Source: the human T2T-CHM13v2.0 reference genome, Homo sapiens. From it: a DNA stretch of 64,000 nt. Shown here piece after piece: positions 55,601 through 64,000 of this stretch. The number at the start of each line of letters is the position of its first letter. Within the stretch, counting starts at the first letter, position 1. The notes under the pieces are model-generated. The model saw only the letters and a list, made by a program, of their open reading frames with translations. It was not told the DNA's origin and searched no databases. The position numbers and the translations under genes were made by a program. The stretch lies in assembly GCF_009914755.1 (NCBI RefSeq), contig NC_060938.1. One strand, given 5' to 3'.

Positions 55601-58600
55601 GGAATGGAGTGGAATGGAAGGGAATGGAATGGAATGGAATGGAATGGAATAAATCCGGGTGGAGTGGAATGGAATGTAATGAAGTGGAATGGAATGGAAT
55701 TTAGTGGAATGGAATGGAATGGAATGGAATGGAATGGAATGGAATCAACCCGAATGGAATGGAACAGAATGGAATGGAATGGAATGGAATGGAATGGAAT
55801 GCAATCATCCCGAATGGGATGGCATGGAATGGAATTCAGTGGAATGGAATGGAATGGAATGGAATGGAATGGAAACAACCCAAGTGCAATGGAATGGAAT
55901 GGAATGCAATGGAATCCACCCGAGTGGCATGGAATGGAGTGGAACGGAATGGAATAGAATGGAATGGAATGGAGTGGAATGGAACGGAATGGAGTGGAAT
56001 GGAATAAACACCAGGGGAATGAAATGGATTGGAATGGAATGGAATGGAATGGAATGGAATGGAAGGAACCCGAATGGAATGGAATGGATTAGAATGGAAT
56101 GGAGTGGAATCAACCCGAGCGGAAAGGAATGGAATGGAATGGAGTGGAATGGAATATAATGGAATGGAGTGGAATGGAATGGAATGTAACGGAATGGAAC
56201 GGAATGGAATCAACACGAATGGAATGGAATGGAATGGGATGGAATGGAATTGAATGGAAGTTAATCAACACGAATGGAATGGAACGGAATGCAATGGAAT
56301 GGAATGGGATGGAATGGAATGGAATGGAATGGAATGAAATGGAAAGGAACGGAATGGAATCAACACTAGTGGAATGGAATGGAACGGAATGGAATCAACC
56401 CGAGTGGAATGAAATGGAATGTAATGCAATGGGATGGAGTGGAATCAAACCGAGCGGATTGGAATGGAATGCAGTGGAAAGGAATTAAATGGAATGGATC
56501 ACAATGGAATCCAATGGAATCAACTGGAATGGAGTGGTATGGAAGGGAATGGAATGGAATGGAATGGAATGGAATAAATCCGGGTGGAGTGGAATGGAAT
56601 GTAATGGAGTGGAATATAATGGAATTTATTGGAATGGAATGGAATGGAATGGAATGGAACGGAATGGAATGGAAGGAAATGGATTGGATCGGAATGGAAT
56701 CCAATGGAATCAACCGGAATGGAATGGAATGGGATGGAATAAATCCGTGTGGAGTGGAATGGAATGTAATGGAGTGGAATGGAATGGAATTTAGTGGAAT
56801 GGAATGGAATGGAAGGGAATGGAATGGAATGGAAAGGAATCAACCAGAATGGAATTGAACGGAATGGAATGGAAAGGAAAGGAATGGAATGGAATGGAAT
56901 GGAATGGAATGGAATGGAATGGAATGGAATGGAATCAACCCGAATGGGATGGCATGGAATGGAATTGAATGGAATGGAATGGAATGGAATGGAATGGAAT
57001 GGAATCAACCCAAGTGCAATGGATGGAATGGAATGCAATGGAATCCACCCGAGTGGAGTGGAATGGAATGGAATGGACTGGAATGGAATGGAATGCAATG
57101 GAATTCAATGGAGTGGAATGGAACGGAATAGAGTGGAATTGAATAAACACCAGGGGAATGAAATGGATTGGAATGTAATGGAATGTAATGGAATGAAATC
57201 AACCCGAGGGGAATGGAACGGAATGGAATGGAATGGAAAGGAATGAATGGAATGGAATGGTGAGGAATCAACACGAGAGGAATGGAATGGAATGGAACGG
57301 AAAGGAATGGAAAGAAATGGAATGGAATGAACCCGAATGGAATGGAATGGATTGGAATGGAATGGAATGGAATCAACCCGAGCGGAAAGGAATGGAATGC
57401 AATGGAGTGGAATGGAATGTAATGGAATGGAATGGAATGGAATGGAATCATCACGAATGGAATGGAACGGAATGGAATGGGATGGGATGGAATGTATTGG
57501 AATGGAAGTTAATCAACACGAATGGAATGGAATGGAAAGGAATGGAATGAAATGGAATGGAATGGAATGGAATGGAATGAAATGGAAAGGAACGGATTGG
57601 AATCAACAGGAGTGGAATGGAATGGAACGGAATGGAATCAACCCGAGTGGAATGAAATGGAATGTAATGCAATGGGATGGAGTGGAATCAAACCGAGCGG
57701 AATGGAATGGAATGGAATGGAATGGAATGCAATGAAATGGAATGGATTGGAATGGAATCCAATGGAATCAACTGGAATGGAATGGAATGGAATGGAATGG
57801 AATGCAATGGAATAAATCCGGGTGTAGTGGAATGGAATGGAATGGAATGGAATGGAATGGAATGGAATGGAATGGAATGGAATGGAATGGAATTTAGTGG
57901 TATGGAATGGAATGGAATGTAAAGGAATGGAATGGAATCAACCAGAATGGAATGGAACGGAATGGAATGGAAAGGAATGGAAAGGAATGGAATGGAATGG
58001 AATGGAATGGAATGGAATGGAATCAACCCGAATGGGATGGCTTGAAATGGAACGGAATGCAATGGAATGGAATGGAATGGAATGGAATCTCCCTAAGTGC
58101 AATGGAATGGAATGGAATGCAATGGAATCCACCCGAGTGGAATGGAATGGAATGGAATGGAATGGAATGGAAAGGAATCAACCCTAATGGAATTGAACGG
58201 AATGGAATGGAAAGGAATGGAATGGAATGGAATGGAATGGAATGGAATGGAATGGAATGGAATCAACCCAAATGGAATGGAACGGAATGGAATGGAATGG
58301 AATGGAATGGAATCATCCCAAATGGGATGGCATGGAATGGAATTCAGTGGAATGGAATGGAATGGAATGGAATGGAATGGAAACAACCCAAGTGCAATGG
58401 AATGGAATGGAATGCAATGGAATGGAATGGAATGCAATGGAATCCACCCGAGTGGCATGGAATGGAGTGGAACGGAATGGAATAGAATGGAATGGAATGG
58501 AGTGGAATGGAACGGAATGGAGTGGAATGGAATAAACACCAGGGGAATGAAATGGATTGGAATGGAATGGAATGGAATGGAATGGAATGGAATGGAATGG

Positions 58601-61600
58601 AATGAAACCGAATGGAATGGAATGGATTAGAATGGAATGGAGTGGAATCAACCCGAGCGGAAAGGAATGAAATGGAATGGAGTGGAATGGAATATAATGG
58701 AATGGAGTGGAATGGAATGGAATGTAACGGAATGGAACGGAATGGAATCAACACGAATGGAATGGAATGGAATGGGATGGAATTGAATGGAATGGAAGTT
58801 AATCAACACGAATGGAATGGAACGGAATGCAATGGAATGGAATGGGATGGAATGGAATGGAATGGAATGGAATGAAATGGAAAGGAACGGAATGGAATCA
58901 ACACTAGTGGAATGGAATGGAACGGAATGGAATCAACCCGAGTGGAATGAAATGGAATGTAATGCAATGGGATGGAGTGGAATCAAACCGAGCGGAATGG
59001 AATGGAATGCAGTGGAAAGGAATTAAATGGAATGGATCAGAATGGAATCCAATGGAATCAACTGGAATGGAGTGGAATGGAAGGGAATGGAATGGAATGG
59101 AATGGAATGGAATAAATCCGGGTGGAGTGGAATGGAATGTAATGAAGTGGAATGGAATGGAATTTAGTGGAATGGAATGGAATGGAATGGAATGGAATGG
59201 AATCAACCCGAATGGAATGGAACGGAATGGAATGGAATGGAATGGAATGGAATGGAATGGAATGGAATGGAATGCAATCATCCCGAATGGGATGGCATGG
59301 AATGGAATTCAGTGGAATGGAATGGAATGGAATGGAATGGAATGGAATGGAATGGAAACAACCCAAGTGCAATGGAATGGAATGGAATGCAATGGAATCC
59401 ACCCGAGTGGCATGGAATGGAGTGGAACGGAATGGAATAGAATGGAATGGAATGGAGTGGAATGGAACGGAATGGAGTGGAATGGAATAAACACTAGGGG
59501 AATGAAATGGATTGGAATGGAATGGAATGGAATGGAATGGAATGGAATGGAATGGAAGGAACCCGAATGGAATGGAATGGATTAGAATGGAATGGAGTGG
59601 AATCAACCCGAGCGGAAAGGAATGGAATGGAATGGAGTGGAATGGAATATAATGGAATGGAGTGGAATGGAATGGAATGTAACGGAATGGAACGGAATGG
59701 AATCAACACGAATGGAATGGAATGGAATGGGATGGAATGGAATTGAATGGAAGTTAATCAACACGAATGGAATGGAACGGAATGCAATGGAATGGAATGG
59801 GATGGAATGGAATGGAATGGAATGGAATGAAATGGAAAGGAACGGAATGGAATCAACACTAGTGGAATGGAATGGAACGGAATGGAATCAACCCGAGTGG
59901 AATGAAATGGAATGTAATGCAATGGGATGGAGTGGAATCAAACCGAGCGGAATGGAATGGAATGCAGTGGAAAGGAATTAAATGGAATGGATCAGAATGG
60001 AATCCAATGGAATCAACTGGAATGGAGTGGTATGGAAGGGAATGGAATGGAATGGAATGGAATGGAATAAATCCGGGTGGAGTGGAATGGAATGTAATGG
60101 AGTGGAATATAATGGAATTTATTGGAATGGAATGGAATGGAATGGAATGGAACGGAATGGAATGGAAGGAAATGGATTGGATCGGAATGGAATCCAATGG
60201 AATCAACTGGAATGGAATGGAATGGGATGGAATAAATCCGTGTGGAGTGGAATGGAATGTAATGGAGTGGAATGGAATGGAATTTAGTGGAATGGAATGG
60301 AATGGAAGGGAATGGAATGGAATGGAAAGGAATCAACCAGAATGGAATTGAACGGAATGGAATGGAAAGGAAAGGAATGGAATGGAATGGAATGGAATGG
60401 AATGGAATGGAATGGAATCTCCCTAAGTGCAATGGAATGGAATGGAATGCAATGGAATCCACCCGAGTGGAATGGAATGGAATGGAATGGAATGGAATGG
60501 AATGGAAAGGAATCAACCCTAATGGAATTGAATGGAATGGAATGGAAAGGAATGGAATGGAATGGAATGGAATGGAATGGAATGGAATGGAATCAACCCA
60601 AATGGGATGGCATGGAATGGAATTGAATGGAATGGAATGGAATGGAATGGAATGGAATGGAATGGAATCAACACGAGTGGAATGGAATGGAACGGAATGG
60701 AGTCAACACGAGTGGAATGAAATGGAATGTAATGCAATGGGATGGAGTGGAATCAACCCGAGCGGAATGGAATGGAATGCAGTGGAAAGGAATGAAATGG
60801 AATGGATCGGAATGGAATCCAATGGAATCAACTGGAATGGAATGGTATGGAATGGAATGGAATGGAATGGAATGGAATGGAATGGAATAAATCCGGGTGG
60901 AGTGGAATGGAATGTAATGGAGTGGAATATAATGGAATTTATTGAAATGGAATGGAATGGAATGGAATGGAACGGAATGGAATGGAATGAAATGGATTGG
61001 ATCGGAATGGAATCCAATGGAATCAACTGGAATGGAATGGAATGGAATGGAATGGAATAAATCCGTGTGGAGTGGAATGGAATGTAATGGAGTGGAATGG
61101 AATGGAATGGAATGGAATGGAAAGGAATCAACCCGAATGGAATTGAACGGAATGGAATGGAAAGGAATGGAATGGAATGGAACGGAATGGAATCAACCCG
61201 AATGGGATGGCATGGAATGGAATGGAATGGAATGGAATGGAATGGAATCAACCCAAGTGCAATGGATGGAATGGAATGCAATGGAATCCACCCAAGTGGA
61301 ATGGAATGGAATGGACTGGAATGGAATGGAATGCAATGGAATTCAATGGAGTGGAATGGAACGGAATAGAGTGGAATTGAATAAACACCAGGGGAATGAA
61401 ATGGATTGGAGTGAAATGGAATGGAATGGAATGGAATGGAATGAAATCAACCCGAATGGAATGGAACGGATTGGAATGGAATGGAAAGGAATGAATGGAA
61501 TGGAATGGTGAGGAATCAACACGAGTGGAATGGAATGGAATGGAACGGAACGGAATGGAAAGAAATGGAATGGAATGAACCCGAATGGAATGGAATGGAT

Positions 61601-64000
61601 TGGAATGGAATGGAATGGTATCAACCCGAGCGGAAAGGAATGCAATGCAATGGAGTGGAATGTAATGGAATGGAATGGAATGGAATGGAATGGAATGGAA
61701 TCATCACGAATGGAATGGAAAAGAATGGAATGGGATGGGATGGAATGGAATGGAATGGAAGTTAATCAACACGAATAGAATGGAATGGAAAGGAATGGAA
61801 TGAAATGGAATGGAATGGAATGGAACGGAATGGAATGGAATGGAATGGAATGAAATGGAAAGGAACGGAATGGAATCAACAGGAGTGGAATGGAATGGAA
61901 TGGAATGGAATCAACCCAAGTGGAATGAAATGGAATGTAATGCAATGGGATGGAGTGGAATCAACCCGAGTGCAATGGAATGGAATGGAATGGAATGGAA
62001 TGGAATGGAATGGAATGGAATGCAATGAAATGGAATGGATTGGAATGGAATCCAATGGAATCAACTGGAATGGAATGGAATGGAATGGAATGGATTAAAT
62101 CCGGGTGGAGTGGAATGGAATGTAATGGAGTGGAATGTAATGGAATTTAGTGGAATGGAATGGAATGGAATGGAATGAAATGGATTGGAACGGAATGGAA
62201 TCCAATGGAATCAACTGGAATGGAATGGAATGGAATGGAATGAAATGGAAAGGAACGGAATGGAATCAACACGAGTGGAATGGAATGGAACGCAATGGAA
62301 TCAACCCGAGTGGAATGAAATGGAATGTAATGTAATAGGATGGAGTGGAATCAACCCGAGTGGAATGGAATGGAATGGAATGGAATGAAATGGAATTGAT
62401 GTGAATGGAATCCAATGGAATCAACTGGAATGGCATGGAATGGAATGGAATGGAATGCAATGGAATGGAATGGAATGGAATGGAATGGATTGGAATAAAT
62501 CCGGGTGGAGTGGAATGGAATGTAATGGAGTGGAATGTAATGGAATTTAGTGGAATGGAATGGAATGGAAGGAAATGGATTGGATCGGAATCGAATCCAA
62601 TGGAATCAACTGGAATGGAATGGAATGGAATAAATCCGGGTGGAGTGGAATGGAATGTAATGAAGTGGAATGGAATGGAATGGAATGGAATGGAATGGAA
62701 TCAACCCGAATGGAATGGAACGGAATGGAATGGAATGGAATGGAATGGAATGGAATGGAATGGAATCATCCCGAATGGGATGGCATGGAATGGAATTCAG
62801 TGGAATGGAATGGAATGGAATGGAATGGAAACAACCCAAGTGCAATGGAATGGAATGGAATGCAATGGAATCCACCCGAGTGGCATGGAATGGAGTGGAA
62901 CAGAATGGAATAGAATGGAATGGAATGGAGTGGAATGGAACGGAATGGAGTGGAATGGAATAAACACCAGGGGAATGAAATGGATTGGAATGGAATGGAA
63001 TGGAATGGAATGGAATGGAATGAACCCGAATGGAATCGAATGGATTAGAATGGAAAGGAGTGGAATCAACCCGAGCGGAAAGGAATGGAATGGAATGGAG
63101 TGGAATGGAATATAATGGAATGGAGTGGAATGGAATGGAATGTAACGGAATGGAACGGAATGGAATCAACACGAATGGAATGGAATGGAAAGGGATGGAA
63201 TGGAATGGAATGGAAGTTAATCAACACGAATGGAATGGAACGGAATGCAATGCAATGGAATGGGATGGAATGGAATGGAATGGAATGGAATGAAATGGAA
63301 AGGAACGGAATGGAATCAACACTAGTGGAATGGAATGGAACGGAATGGAATCAACCCGAGTGGAATGAAATGGAATGTAATGCAATGGGATGGAGTGGAA
63401 TCAAACCGAGCGGAATGGACTGGAATGCAGTGGAAAGGAATTAAATGGAATGGATCAGAATGGAATCCAATGGAATCAACTGGAATGGAACGGTATGGAA
63501 GGGAATGGAATGGAATGGAATAAATCCGGGTGGAGTGGAATGGAATGGAATGGAGTGGAATATAATGGAATTTATTGGAATGGAATGGAATGGAATGGAA
63601 TGGAATGGAATGGAATGGAATGGAATGGAACGGAATGGAATGGAAGGAAATGGATTGGATCGGAATGGAATCCAATGGAATCAACTGGAATGGAATGGAA
63701 TGGGATGGAATATATCCGTGTGGAGTGGAATGGAATGTAATGGAGTGGAATGGAATGGAATTTAGTGGAATGGAATGGAATGGAATGGAATGGAATGGAA
63801 TGGAAAGGAATCAACCCGAATGGAATTGAACGGAATGGAATGGAAAGGAATGGAATGGAATGGAATGGAATGGAATGGAATGGAATCAACCCGAACGGGA
63901 TGGCATGGAATGGAATTGAATGGAATGGAATGGAATGGAATGGAATGCAATGCAATGGAATGGAATCAACCCAAGTGCAATAGATGGAATGGAATGCAAT
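52640..64000 (+). repeat. ~3.5 kb higher-order repeat domain (A+B+B' units) followed by a ~2.6 kb A+B copy
   Basis: CAACACTAGT at 52778, 55436, 56361, 58899, 59854, 63317; GTGAGGAATC at 53697, 57260, 61508; TCTCCCTAAGT at 54535, 58088, 60418; TTTATT at 53037, 56625, 60118, 60938, 63571. Periods 3463-3588 bp. Confidence 0.88.

Larger units (their letters stand above)
577..62973 (+). repeat. Composite ~1.1 kb (range ~0.95-1.7 kb) satellite unit, about 50 copies, marked by AAACACCAGGGG
   Basis: Landmark or close variant at 577, 2261, 3900, 5469, 6053, 6597, 7646, 8935, 10864, 11358, 12976, 14520, 16043, 17126, 17499, 18632, 19885, 20050, 20619, 21732, 21897, 22995, 24781, 25864, 26108, 28692, 31420, 32553, 34621, 35915, 36468, 37677, 39734, 40927, 42525, 44047, 45195, 46289, 46558, 48226, 50640, 52259, 53567, 54966, 56006, 57145, 58534, 59489, 61383, 62962. 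Many spacings fall at 1040-1150 bp, with a second cluster at 1520-1690 bp. Confidence 0.88.
1..64000 (+). repeat. Satellite III (HSat3/SatIII) (GGAAT)n pericentromeric-type tandem array, G-rich strand on +
   Basis: Seen: continuous GGAAT pentamers with single-base variants (GGAGT, GGAAC, GTAAT, GCAAT, GAAAT, GGGAT, GGATT) from base 1 to 64000, interrupted by CAACCCGAGT/CAACCCGAAT/CAACACGAAT decamers. Established: (CATTC)n with an interspersed CAACCCGA(G/A)T decamer defines human/hominid satellite III. No strand switch seen. Confidence 0.97.

Noticed and set aside
52640-60400. DYZ1 (Yq12 ~3.56 kb HSat3) identity, suggested by the ~3.5 kb period
   Set aside because: The period here is built locally from three ~1-1.4 kb units rich in CAACCCGAGT, has several GAATTC sites per period and spans only ~2 copies. 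Size alone is insufficient; an alignment would be needed.
577-62973. CRISPR-like array (conserved motifs separated by spacers)
   Set aside because: The spacers are themselves GGAAT repeats rather than unique sequence, spacing is irregular, and there is no leader or cas gene.
30-63983. Hundreds of overlapping 60-349 aa ORFs on both strands
   Set aside because: (GGAAT)n has no stop codon in any frame and contains ATG every 5 bp. The ORFs overlap in all frames, are low-complexity MEWNG/IPFHS repeats and show no domain or gene structure.
1-64000. HSat2/HSATII, alpha satellite or telomeric repeat
   Set aside because: No ~23-26 bp HSat2 units (GAATCATCATCGAAT-type), no 171 bp monomers and no TTAGGG arrays seen.
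1-64000. Inversion or embedded transposable element/unique sequence
   Set aside because: No CATTC-oriented tract, poly(A) tail, Alu/L1 text or non-satellite stretch longer than ~15 bp was seen on reading the + strand.
1-64000. Pathogenic SCA31-type (TGGAA)n insertion
   Set aside because: No flanking intronic unique sequence or TAAAA/TAGAA tracts, perfect runs reach only ~13 units, and the size and modules fit constitutive satellite.

Overview
The whole 64 kb is one uninterrupted, single-orientation block of primate classical satellite III (HSat3/SatIII). It is a (GGAAT)n/(ATTCC)n pentamer array with the G-rich strand on +, punctuated by the SatIII decamer CAACCCGA(G/A)T and relatives. I see no genes, RNA genes, transposons, alpha satellite or unique sequence. 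All ORFs are the poly(MEWNG)/poly(IPFHS) translation expected from a stop-free pentamer. Above the pentamer there is hierarchical structure. A composite unit of about 1.1 kb, built from ordered variant modules, recurs about 50 times (counted by eye from the landmark AAACACCAGGGG). These units form three domains: a rearranged mosaic of paralogous blocks (1-33.8 kb), a more diverged middle domain with ~4.3 kb and ~1.6-2.4 kb duplications (33.8-52.6 kb), and a homogeneous ~3.5 kb higher-order repeat apparently built from a ~2.6 kb dimer (52.6-64 kb). I found no new gene system; the interesting signal is satellite architecture and evolution plus possible regulatory motif content. Species, chromosome and HSat3 subfamily cannot be assigned from the sequence alone. 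All coordinates and offsets were read by eye and block boundaries are approximate.
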